Assembly (NCBI GenBank): GCA_965227295.1 | Contig: OZ245742.1 | Coordinates: 1,504,001 to 1,568,000 of the forward strand | Reading direction: 5' to 3' | Source of the DNA: Leptonemataceae bacterium | Lineage (GTDB): Bacteria > Spirochaetota > Leptospiria > Leptospirales > Leptonemataceae | DNA: 64,000 nucleotides | Shown here: in pieces, positions 47,608-56,302 of the stretch | How positions within the stretch are numbered: the first letter of the stretch is position 1 | Layout: every line of letters begins with the position of its first letter | Translations under genes and position numbers: made by a program | The notes under the pieces: model-generated | Told to the model about the DNA's origin: nothing | The model's input: the letters and a program-made list of their open reading frames with translations, nothing else | Databases searched by the model: none

Positions 47608-48716
47608 TCGTAAGCTACGATTCGCAGATCTGGTCCATGCAAAAGTACGGCGGCATCTCGCGGTACTACTACGAGCTGATTCGCCGCCTGGCCGAACACG
47701 AAGACGTACGCGTAGATCTCCACGCCGGCCTGCACATCAGCGGTTATGATCTGCGGGCCCTGAAGCACCACTGCCGTCGGTTTCATGCCCGGCGCCGGCC
47801 CTATATTCCCTACACGGGTTTCCTGGCGCGCCCTATGAACCGACTGCTCGCGAAGCTGCACGGCGACCCGAAGAGTGATCTGGTCCATCATACCTACTAC
47901 CGGCTGCACCCGGACATTTCACGCACGGCGAAGCGCGTCGTTACGGTATACGATATGATCCAGGAACTCTTCCCGGATTTATTCGCGGCGGGGGACCCTA
48001 CCGCGGCCGACAAGGCACAAGCCGTACATGAGGCCGACGGCATCCTGGCAATCTCCGAGCAGACGAAGCGGGATCTCATGCGCATCTACGACGTCGCGCC
48101 GGAGAAGATTCGCGTGGTGCATCTGGCTAACTCTCTGACGTACGAAGTTAGTCAGGAAGATCTGCCGCGCGAGTTGCAAGCCGGCGATCCGTATCTGCTC
48201 TACGTCGGCCCGCGCTACGTATACAAGAATTACCAGGCGCTGGCGGAAGCTTATGCCGCCGAACCGTTGCTGCATCGTTCCGCAAGATTGGTGCTCTGCG
48301 GCGGCGGCCCGCTCAAAAGCCAGGAACGGGCCGTCTACGAAAAGGCGGGGATCGCGGAACGTGTCCTGCAAATCCCGGGCGACGATCGGCGGCTCGCCGC
48401 GCTGTATGCGCACGCGGCCGTCTTTGTGTATCCGTCCCTCTACGAAGGCTTCGGCATCCCGCCGCTGGAAGCGATGAGTTACGACTGCCCGGTCGTCGCG
48501 AGTACCGGCGGCAGTATCCCGGAAATCTGTGGAGACGCGGCGTTGTACTTCGCGCCGGAAGATCGGGACGCGCTTGTGCGAAACATCGCGACCGTGCTGA
48601 ACGACCACGAGCAGCGCCAGGCTCTGATCCAACGCGGTCGGGCACGGGAACAAAAATATTCGTGGCGCCGCTGCGCGGACGAAACGTTACAGTACTACAA
48701 GGAAATCATTGCATGA
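47604..48716 (+). CDS. GT4 glycosyltransferase
   Basis: GGISRY and YEGFGIPPLEAM. Confidence 0.85.
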   Translation: MIVSYDSQIWSMQKYGGISRYYYELIRRLAEHEDVRVDLHAGLHISGYDLRALKHHCRRFHARRRPYIPYTGFLARPMNRLLAKLHGDPKSDLVHHTYYRLHPDISRTAKRVVTVYDMIQELFPDLFAAGDPTAADKAQAVHEADGILAISEQTKRDLMRIYDVAPEKIRVVHLANSLTYEVSQEDLPRELQAGDPYLLYVGPRYVYKNYQALAEAYAAEPLLHRSARLVLCGGGPLKSQERAVYEKAGIAERVLQIPGDDRRLAALYAHAAVFVYPSLYEGFGIPPLEAMSYDCPVVASTGGSIPEICGDAALYFAPEDRDALVRNIATVLNDHEQRQALIQRGRAREQKYSWRRCADETLQYYKEIIA

Positions 48717-49768
48717 AAGATCTCAACAGCACCGCCCTGCGTATTGAAAACAATCGCGTCTTCATACTCGACCAAACGCAACTGCCGTCCGCGGAAACCT
48801 GGCTGGAGATTCGCAATCCCGCGGAAATGATCGCGGCCATTCGCCGGCTCTCCGTGCGCGGGGCACCACTCATCAGCATCGCCGCGTGCGCCATCCTCGC
48901 AACCTACGCCGCGGAAACAGCGCGTACACCGGAGGAAATCCTCAAGACCGCCACGGAACTGCGTGAGTCCCGGCCCACCGCGGTAAACCTGATGCTGGCC
49001 CTGGACGCCATGGTGTTTTCGAAGCGCCCGGAAGAACAGAGCACTGCCTTCGCCCCGGAGAGCCTCGCCGTCTTCGCCGAGCATCTGTTCGAAGCGGACG
49101 CGAAGCTCTGCGACGACATTGCCGACCACGGGGCCGCACTCTTAGGTAACGGAGAAAATATCTTAACGCACTGTAACACCGGCGGGTTGGGAACCACCGG
49201 CATCGGCACGGCCATCGGCGTGTTGCGTCGCGCTCACGAACAGGGCAAAAACATCCACGTTTATGTCGACGAAACACGTCCGCTTCTGCAGGGCGGGCGG
49301 CTCACGACCTGGGAACTGGAACAGGCCGGCGTGCCGTACACACTCATTTGCGACAACATGGCCGCCTCGCTCATGCGTGCCGGAAAGATTGATCGTGCGG
49401 TAGTCGGCGCCGATCGCATCGCCCTGAACGGCGACTTTGCGAACAAGACCGGTACCTACAGCGTGGCCGTGCTCTGCAAACATCACGGCATTCCGTTCTA
49501 CTGTGCGGCGCCGCGCACTACGGTGGACCCGGACTGCGAGAACGGCGACAACATTCCCATCGAAATGCGCGATCCCGACGAGGTGCGCGGCTATACCGGC
49601 AAGCTCGTATGGTCGGTGGAAGACTGCGATGTATACAACCCCGCCTTCGACGTCACGCCGGGCGAGTACTTAACAGGATTGATCCTCGATAGCGGTTACG
49701 TTTTCCGCGAGGACATCGAGGCGGGGGCATTGAAAAAGATGTTTCAGGTTTCCGAAGCTAAGATTTAG
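48713..49768 (+). CDS. mtnA: S-methyl-5-thioribose-1-phosphate isomerase
   Basis: LDQ, VRGAP, RPTAVNL, THCNTG, DETRP and NPAFDVTP. Confidence 0.9.
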   Translation: MKDLNSTALRIENNRVFILDQTQLPSAETWLEIRNPAEMIAAIRRLSVRGAPLISIAACAILATYAAETARTPEEILKTATELRESRPTAVNLMLALDAMVFSKRPEEQSTAFAPESLAVFAEHLFEADAKLCDDIADHGAALLGNGENILTHCNTGGLGTTGIGTAIGVLRRAHEQGKNIHVYVDETRPLLQGGRLTTWELEQAGVPYTLICDNMAASLMRAGKIDRAVVGADRIALNGDFANKTGTYSVAVLCKHHGIPFYCAAPRTTVDPDCENGDNIPIEMRDPDEVRGYTGKLVWSVEDCDVYNPAFDVTPGEYLTGLILDSGYVFREDIEAGALKKMFQVSEAKI

Positions 49769-49789
49769 AAAAATGAAGCTATGACCTCT

Positions 49790-51382
49790 CTACCTCACAT
49801 CCTCCTGTAAAATCCCCTCCGGTACGTCAAACGCCGGATCCCGCCGCAAAACTTCGAGCACCTCTCTCCGCACATTCACGATTTCGAACTCCCCGATCAA
49901 ACCCTCAATTCGCAGCAAGCGATCTTCGCGTCGTCTCTCCGGGGGCGGCGGCCGTAGAATAAAATCCACGTTTCTTTCTCGAAGGTACTCCAGCGGCGCG
50001 TTCTTTTCGTGCCCCACCCAGCCGCGTTCTTCCACGGTCATTCGCGCAATGCGGCGATCGGTGAGACCGGTCTGCGCTTCGATGGCCACGTCCACGTCGA
50101 GATAATACATCAATCCGGCCTGGGCGCCCACGAAGGCGATGACGGGTTGCGCCGCCTGAACGGCCGGCTTTAACTTGAGCGCAACGTTTCTTAAGTGCTC
50201 TACGCGCTCCGGCGTATAGATCTCCTGCTCCTCGCCGACATACTGGATGATGGGCAGCGGCAGGCCGCGATACGGATCGTAGCGGAGCAGGGTCGCGGCT
50301 GCGAACATGAGCGCCAGACCGGCGGTGGCGCGGGCCGAAATGTTCGCGAACGTGCGGCGGAGCATCGCTTCGATCAACAAAAACAGGAGCGGACTCACCG
50401 GCACCCAGAAGCGCGCGAACATGAAATCGCCGCCCACCCAGATCACGTAGGCGATCCACGCCGCGACGATCAGCAGAACCAGTGCCGGCCCGTCTCCCAG
50501 ACTAACCCGGTCCGATCTTACAAACTTTTTGTAAACAAATGCTAACAAAATTGCCGGCGCGGCCAGAAAGACCCAGTACGATGCGAAGTACAATCCCGCA
50601 TACACCAGTCCCTGGCCGGCGTAGGGTTCGTAGGCCGATTTCGCGTAGAACGTATTCGGCAAGACGTCCCCGTAGTACCAGAAGCGAAACAGCCACGCCG
50701 GCACGAACACGCACAGAAACACCGCGTGACTCGCAAACCCCCGCCGCAGCATCCCGCCGAAATCCCGCCAGTCCATCTGACGCCGGACAAAAACGAACAT
50801 CGCCGCGAGGCCGTAGACCAGCAGGCCGTCCGGCCGACTCAAACACGCCACGCTTAGCCAGGCGAAGCCGCCCGCGAAGACCGTGCGTTCGTTGCGCAGG
50901 CCGTTCGCAATAAACAGCACACCGGCCGTGACTGCGAGCGTAAACAGCGGCGTTTCCAGGCCGGACGTGGCGAATACATGCAGATGATCGTGCAGGGCGA
51001 TGGCGGGCAGAATCAGCGGAATAGTCGCCGTCGCACTGTCGCGCGGCCGGAGCGCGGATCCCCACCGAAAGCAGACGAACAACAATGCGGCGTAACATAC
51101 GATGCCCGAAACCTTGCTGAACAGGAGCGGGTCCGCGCCGACGGCCATGCCGGCCGCGATCCACAGCGTCCAGAGAAAGTTTGTGTAGCCCTCCACGTAC
51201 TCGCCGGCGTTAAAGACCAGGCCGTTGCCGCGAACCAGGTTCAGCGCGAAGCGAAAAGAGATGAACGCGTCATCGCAGACCCAGGCCTCACGAATCGCGC
51301 GGCCGACGCCGAAGACGGTGCTCGCCGCGAGTAACAGCGCGTAGAGCGGAGAGAAGTCGCGGAAAATCTTAGCTTTCGCCAT
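49790..51382 (-). CDS. GT-C-type membrane glycosyltransferase-like protein (AftB-like)
   Basis: CDDAFISFRFALN, VEGYTNFLW, SGLE, RPDG and GGDFM; many TM segments. Confidence 0.6.
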   Translation of the reverse strand: MAKAKIFRDFSPLYALLLAASTVFGVGRAIREAWVCDDAFISFRFALNLVRGNGLVFNAGEYVEGYTNFLWTLWIAAGMAVGADPLLFSKVSGIVCYAALLFVCFRWGSALRPRDSATATIPLILPAIALHDHLHVFATSGLETPLFTLAVTAGVLFIANGLRNERTVFAGGFAWLSVACLSRPDGLLVYGLAAMFVFVRRQMDWRDFGGMLRRGFASHAVFLCVFVPAWLFRFWYYGDVLPNTFYAKSAYEPYAGQGLVYAGLYFASYWVFLAAPAILLAFVYKKFVRSDRVSLGDGPALVLLIVAAWIAYVIWVGGDFMFARFWVPVSPLLFLLIEAMLRRTFANISARATAGLALMFAAATLLRYDPYRGLPLPIIQYVGEEQEIYTPERVEHLRNVALKLKPAVQAAQPVIAFVGAQAGLMYYLDVDVAIEAQTGLTDRRIARMTVEERGWVGHEKNAPLEYLRERNVDFILRPPPPERRREDRLLRIEGLIGEFEIVNVRREVLEVLRRDPAFDVPEGILQEDVR

Positions 51383-51770
51383 GCGTACCTTTGTAAAAAT
51401 CCCGAACGTTTGTCACTGTCGTGCCGACAACGCCGAACACCAGGCCGGCCACCGTGAGTATGTCCACCAGGCGCTGGTCCCAGTCGAGACCGGTCAGCGT
51501 GTCGAACAACAGTTTCGTGAACGACCACGGGATGTCCGTGTGTCCGAGCGCGCGTTTCACGTCCCAGTGCCAGTCGGTCAAAATGCAGTAGCCGAATCCG
51601 TAAAAGAAACCCAGGCCGAGCCAGGACACAAGCGTCAATACGATCAAACCCAGGTGCCAGCGGCGGCTTCGTCGCGGAATCCAGCCGAACACGTTGAACA
51701 CGATCAAAGCCGTATGGAACAGCCAGAAGAAGACGTCCAGCGATTCGTAGATCCAGCGTGATTCGTTCAT
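51369..51770 (-). CDS. DUF2784-like small membrane protein
   Basis: FHTAL and GYCILTDWHW; hydrophobic. Confidence 0.6.
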   Translation of the reverse strand: MNESRWIYESLDVFFWLFHTALIVFNVFGWIPRRSRRWHLGLIVLTLVSWLGLGFFYGFGYCILTDWHWDVKRALGHTDIPWSFTKLLFDTLTGLDWDQRLVDILTVAGLVFGVVGTTVTNVRDFYKGTHGES

Positions 51771-51834
51771 TCCTGAAATGGACCGTCCGGGAAATGATTG
51801 ACGACGGCCTCCCGTCGCCGTCCCCTGAGGCGCA

Positions 51835-51907
51835 GCCCCCGTAGCTCAGCAGGATAGAGCAGTGGTTTCCTAAACCATGTGCACAGGTTCGAATCCTGTC
51901 GGGGGCA
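51835..51907 (+). tRNA. tRNA-Arg (anticodon CCT), CCA not encoded
   Basis: GCCCCCG/CGGGGGC acceptor stem, gtggt-ttcctaa-accat anticodon arm and GGTTCGAATCC T-loop. Confidence 0.95.
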
Positions 51908-51923
51908 ATGGCAATCCAAAATC

Positions 51924-53018
51924 ATGCAAACGAAGACACTACAGGATCGCCTGGAACGTGAGATGGAACGTTTCCGCGAAGTCGAAGCGAAGCTTGCCGA
52001 TCCGGCGTTCACCGAGAACCCGGCGCAACTGAAGGATCTCTCCCGCGAACACTCGCGGCTCGCTCCGCGCGCCCGGCGCATCGGTGAGTACCTGGAGCTC
52101 TTGAAACAACAGAGCGAGGCCCGGGCCATCATCAACGACGCGAGTGCCGAGGCTGAGCTCAAGTCCATGGCCGAAGAAGAACTGGACGGCCTGGAAGAAC
52201 GCCTGAGCGCCGAGCGCCGGGAGATCGAGTACCTGTTGATCCCGCCGGACCCGCACAGCGGGCGGTCCGTCATTATGGAGATTCGCGCGGGTACCGGCGG
52301 CGACGAGGCCGGCCTGTTCGTCGGCGATCTCATGCGCATGTACACGCGCTTCGCCGAACGCCGGGACGGGGTGAGCGTGGAGTTGATCAGCGCGCACGAG
52401 CAGGACATGGGCGGTTACCGCGAGGTGGTGTTATCGTTCTCCGGCAGCGAAGCCTACGATCTGCTGCACCGTGAAGGCGGCGCGCATCGCGTGCAGCGCA
52501 TACCCGTCACCGAAAGCGGCGGCCGCATTCACACGTCCGCAGTCACGGTGGCGGTCATGCCCGAGGCCGACGAAGAAGACATCGAGATCGACGAGCACAA
52601 AGATTTGCAGATCGACGTCTATCGCGCGAGTGGCGCCGGCGGCCAGCACGTGAACAAAACCGAATCGGCCATCCGCATAACGCACCTGCCCACGGGCCTG
52701 GTCGTCACCTGTCAGGACGAACGTTCGCAGTTAAAGAACAAGATCAAAGCGTTGCGAGTATTGCGCGCGCGTCTGGCGGAGCAGGCCGAGGCCGAACGTC
52801 ACGCCGCGGACGCCGCGCTCAAGAAAGAGCAGGTCAAGAGCGGCGACCGCAGCGAACGCATTCGCACCTACAACTATCCCCAGGGTCGGGTTACGGACCA
52901 TCGCATCGGCTACACCATGCACAATCTGCCGGCTTTCATGGAAGGCGAGATCGACGATCTACTGGAAGCATTGTTGCAAGGAGAACGCGAGGAAAAGTTA
53001 GCGCAGTTGGATGAATAG
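51924..53018 (+). CDS. prfA: Peptide chain release factor 1
   Basis: PVT tripeptide (RIPVTES), GAGGQHVN and RIRTYNYPQGR. Confidence 0.95.
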   Translation: MQTKTLQDRLEREMERFREVEAKLADPAFTENPAQLKDLSREHSRLAPRARRIGEYLELLKQQSEARAIINDASAEAELKSMAEEELDGLEERLSAERREIEYLLIPPDPHSGRSVIMEIRAGTGGDEAGLFVGDLMRMYTRFAERRDGVSVELISAHEQDMGGYREVVLSFSGSEAYDLLHREGGAHRVQRIPVTESGGRIHTSAVTVAVMPEADEEDIEIDEHKDLQIDVYRASGAGGQHVNKTESAIRITHLPTGLVVTCQDERSQLKNKIKALRVLRARLAEQAEAERHAADAALKKEQVKSGDRSERIRTYNYPQGRVTDHRIGYTMHNLPAFMEGEIDDLLEALLQGEREEKLAQLDE

Positions 53019-53075
53019 ATCACCGGGGACCGAGGACTCTCTCCAACATTCCCCGGCACTCGGTGTCAATCTTCC

Positions 53076-53516
53076 TCACCCCTTCGAATTCAGAAACTCC
53101 GCGGTCCCGGCGCTGTACTGTTGTGCGAATTCCTCCGACGGCGGGATCAATTGAATCATGTCGATCAGCACACCGTTGGGGTCCGAAGTAATGAAGTGAC
53201 GCTGACCCCAGTCCTCGGAGCGCAGCTCCAGGTGTACGGGCAGCCCGGCGGAAGTGAGACGTTCGTACTCACGGTCGACATCCTCCACCTCGAAGTTCAG
53301 GATCACACCCTGGGCCGGTCGGCGAAACGACTCCGGCACGCTGGGGTGCGTGTAATCGAGCAGGGCCAGTTGGAAGGGCTGCTCGCTCTTTGAGATTAAG
53401 CTGACGTACCAGTCCGAGTCGAACGTCAGTTCGAACGGGAAGTGTTTTAAGTAAAACTCCCGCGACTCCGCGAGACGATCGGTGCCGAGCACCGGGTAAA
53501 AGCTTTCCAGTTTCAT
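53076..53516 (-). CDS. VOC/glyoxalase family protein
   Basis: LNFEVEDVD and WGQRHF..DPNG; AGGAA on the + strand marks the ATG at 53516. Confidence 0.85.
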   Translation of the reverse strand: MKLESFYPVLGTDRLAESREFYLKHFPFELTFDSDWYVSLISKSEQPFQLALLDYTHPSVPESFRRPAQGVILNFEVEDVDREYERLTSAGLPVHLELRSEDWGQRHFITSDPNGVLIDMIQLIPPSEEFAQQYSAGTAEFLNSKG

Positions 53517-53532
53517 AAGGAACCTCCGAAAA

Positions 53533-53604
53533 TTCCGCAAGATACAAACAGTCTGTATGTATCTTGCGGAAGCCGATTACGCATACAGTCTGTATGTATG
53601 TCAA
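53533..53604. promoter_or_regulatory. Two TetR-type operators and a leftward sigma70-like promoter
   Basis: 39-bp near-perfect palindrome at 53533-53571, catacagtctgtatg at 53582-53596, and minus-strand TTGACA-17-CGTAAT. Confidence 0.75.
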
Positions 53605-53647
53605 CGAAAAAACATTGCCATGGTCGCCAACGGCTCTGAAATGCGTC

Positions 53648-54325
53648 GTGGCCCGCAAAAAGACCGGAAAAATTCGCAAAAAAACCTCCCGGCCCCCGCC
53701 TCGCGCGCCGGCCCCACGCACGAAGGCCGGGCAGCGGGAGGCAACCCGGCGGCGCCTCATTGCCCTCGCCCGGGAAGAATTCACGAAGCACGGCTATGCC
53801 GGTGTGGGCACCGCACGTCTGGTGGCCCGGGCGAAACTCAGCCGCGGCGCGCTCTACCATCAGTTCACGGACAAGCAGGATTTGTTTCGTGCGGTACTTG
53901 AAGACGCCCAGGCCGAGATCGTCGCCGCCATCGAGGCGGCCGTGGAGCGATCGGTTGCGGAACACAAGGATCCCGGGGAGGCCGCCTGGGCCGCGCTGCG
54001 CCTGGGTTGCCGCGCGTTTCTGGACGCAGCGTCGCAGCCGGAACGCAGTCGCATTCTGCTCATCGACGGGCCGGCGGTGCTGGGCTGGGACGAGTGGCGG
54101 CGCATCGACTACGAGAACGGCGTTAAAGAACTCATCCTCGGCATTCAGGCGTTGATCGATGCCGGCTTGATCACCAGGCGCCCCGTAGATGCACTTGCGT
54201 ATATGTTAAGCGGAGCCATGAACGAGGGGGCGCTCTGGATCGCGTCGGTGAAAGATCGCAAGGCAGCCCTCCGGGACGCGTGCGCAACGATGGATGCGTT
54301 GCTGGAGGGGCTGAAGAAGAATTAA
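53648..54325 (+). CDS. TetR/AcrR transcriptional regulator (start uncertain)
   Basis: HTH ...LSRGALYHQFTDKQDLF; divergent from the VOC gene. Confidence 0.85.
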   Translation: MARKKTGKIRKKTSRPPPRAPAPRTKAGQREATRRRLIALAREEFTKHGYAGVGTARLVARAKLSRGALYHQFTDKQDLFRAVLEDAQAEIVAAIEAAVERSVAEHKDPGEAAWAALRLGCRAFLDAASQPERSRILLIDGPAVLGWDEWRRIDYENGVKELILGIQALIDAGLITRRPVDALAYMLSGAMNEGALWIASVKDRKAALRDACATMDALLEGLKKN

Positions 54326-54327
54326 CA

Positions 54328-54445
54328 CCGAGGACCGAGGTGCCGAGGTTAGTTTGGGAGGATGGCCCACTTTGCACGTGGGCTTGCATACGCAAGAGAT
54401 GCAGTTTTAAAAATTCGTCTTCTCCCTCGTTACCTCGGTCCTCGG
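54328..54445. repeat. Small element with 21-bp inverted ends between convergent genes
   Basis: ccgaggaccgaggtgccgagg versus cctcgttacctcggtcctcgg (19/21 complementary). Confidence 0.6.
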
Positions 54446-54448
54446 AGT

Positions 54449-55342
54449 TTAGTTCTCCCCGTTCAACCGCCGTAGCGCCAGGAATAGCGCCTGGGTGCCG
54501 CTCCGCCCGTCGCCCTGGGCCTTGAGCGCCGTGTACAGTTGCTTCACTAATGCCAGCCCGGGCAAAGCTAAGTTCAAGCGATCACATTCCTCCAGCGCGA
54601 TGCCCATGTCTTTCACGAAGTGTTCTACGTAAAAACCGGGCGCGAAGTCGCCGTCGACGATGCGCGGTCCCAGGTGATTGATCGTCCACGATGCCGCCGC
54701 GCCGGAACCGATGACGTCGATCACCGCGCTTTCGTCGAGGCCGGAGCGCTGCGCGAACAACAGGGCCTCGCACGCGCCGATCATGTTGCCGGCGACTAAG
54801 ATCTGATTGCACAGCTTCGTGCGCTGTCCGGCCCCGGCCCCGCCCATGAAGCTTACGTTCTTCCCGAGTTTTTCCAGCAGCGGCCGTACCGCGTCGAAGG
54901 CCGAGCGTTCCCCGCCGCACATGATTGCCAGGCTCGCGTTTCGCGCCCCCGTATCACCGCCGGACACCGGCGCATCCACGGACCCGACACCGTAGCCGAT
55001 GGCCGTTTGCGCAATGCGCACGGCCAGCTCCGGCGTGGACGTGGTGAAATCGATCAGGTTCCGCACGGTGGCGCCGCCGCGCAGGGCGTCGAAGATGCCC
55101 GGTTGTTCCGGCGTGCCGTAGTACACCGCTTCGACGTCGGCGGGATAACCGACCATCGTACACACGACGTCGGCCGCCTCCGCGACTTCGGCCGGCGTCT
55201 TTGCTAACTGCGCCCCGCCGTCGATTAGCGCACGCGCCTTCGACTGCGTGCGCGTGTAGATCGTGAGCCTGTGCCCCGCGTGCAACAAATGCCCCGCCAT
55301 GGATGCGCCCATTACTCCCGTGCCGATCCAGCCAATTTTCAT
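54449..55342 (-). CDS. 3-hydroxyisobutyrate/beta-hydroxyacid dehydrogenase family
   Basis: GWIGTGVMG, DAPVSGG, KLCNQ and FVKDM. Confidence 0.9.
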   Translation of the reverse strand: MKIGWIGTGVMGASMAGHLLHAGHRLTIYTRTQSKARALIDGGAQLAKTPAEVAEAADVVCTMVGYPADVEAVYYGTPEQPGIFDALRGGATVRNLIDFTTSTPELAVRIAQTAIGYGVGSVDAPVSGGDTGARNASLAIMCGGERSAFDAVRPLLEKLGKNVSFMGGAGAGQRTKLCNQILVAGNMIGACEALLFAQRSGLDESAVIDVIGSGAAASWTINHLGPRIVDGDFAPGFYVEHFVKDMGIALEECDRLNLALPGLALVKQLYTALKAQGDGRSGTQALFLALRRLNGEN

Positions 55343-55423
55343 TGTGCCTTTGTATACCTGGCGTCGTAATTCGCAACGTTTTCCGTGAGAAGATAAGTGT
55401 AAGATTGCATCAGTGGATACTTA

Positions 55424-55544
55424 TTTGGGCGTCTGCCCGCCGCCAGGCCCGGGCGGCGGGCACCGCGCTGCTCCGCACTCCGCTTCGCTTCGGTCTCGCG
55501 CAGGCGCGAGACTGGCCTTCGGCCATGCTCCGCATCGCTGACGC
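55424..55544 (-). repeat. Multi-hairpin REP/MITE-like element, subtype II, copy D
   Basis: Reverse complement aligns with 10620-10735. Confidence 0.85.
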
Positions 55545-55553
55545 GAAGAGTCA

Positions 55554-56246
55554 TCACCGTAAATTCTTCTCCGTGTTCTCTGTGCCTCTGTGGCCAATGT
55601 ATTCCTGCACGTACCCCGGGACTCCAATGCCCTGCCGCAACTTCTCGTCGTTCACCGGCACTCCCGGTTGCACCGTCAGTGGAATGACACCGGCCCAGCA
55701 CGGTAACGCGTAGTCCTCGACGTCGTCGTTCGGTCCGCCGGTGCGAATTTTGGCCGATGCCTCTTCCAGTTCCAGCACGCAGACCGAAGTTGCCTTCAGT
55801 TCCTGCGGCGTCGGCGCGCGTACATCTTCCCGGCGCCCGCGCATCATGTGATCCATGATCACCCGCAGGCCTTCGTTCTTTGCGTCGACGTCCTCCAGTT
55901 CCCGGAGTGCGCCGAAGAGCATTGCCGAGCGATAGTTCATCGAATGATGGAAGGCCGAGCGCGCGAGCACCAGGCCGTCGATCAACGTTACCGTAATGCA
56001 CGCGGCAATGCCCTGGCGTAGTTCCCGCAACATGCGTGAGGCCGCCGCGCCGTGGATGTAGAGTTGATCGCCGCTGCGTCCGTAGATGGTCGGGATGACG
56101 AAGGGCTGGCCGTGGACGACGAATCCGACGTGACAAACCGGCGTCGCATCGAGAACGGCGTAGACCGTCTTGCGGTCGTAGTGCGCGCGCTTCGGGGCGC
56201 GGATCACCGTGTTGCGTTCGTTTTTCGGAAAAGGGGCTGAGTTCAT
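55554..56246 (-). CDS. Pyridoxamine 5'-phosphate oxidase-like flavin-binding protein
   Basis: YIHG and DGLVLARSAFHHSMNYRS. Confidence 0.85.
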   Translation of the reverse strand: MNSAPFPKNERNTVIRAPKRAHYDRKTVYAVLDATPVCHVGFVVHGQPFVIPTIYGRSGDQLYIHGAAASRMLRELRQGIAACITVTLIDGLVLARSAFHHSMNYRSAMLFGALRELEDVDAKNEGLRVIMDHMMRGRREDVRAPTPQELKATSVCVLELEEASAKIRTGGPNDDVEDYALPCWAGVIPLTVQPGVPVNDEKLRQGIGVPGYVQEYIGHRGTENTEKNLR

Positions 56247-56302
56247 GCTGCGTTCCTCCGCTTCGTGTTGCGTGGGAAAAACTTCGCACGAAAGTGGTCC
56301 GC

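Noticed and set aside
51835-51907. tRNA as the integration site of an island
   Set aside because: No integrase and no duplicated tRNA 3' end seen; prfA follows 16 nt downstream.
51879-51923. N-terminal extension of prfA in the ORF track
   Set aside because: It overlaps the tRNA; the ATG at 51924 is the plausible start.
56291-56300. AAAGTGGTCC as a MocR/PdxR-type operator
   Set aside because: Single short occurrence with no clear second repeat, so not supportable.
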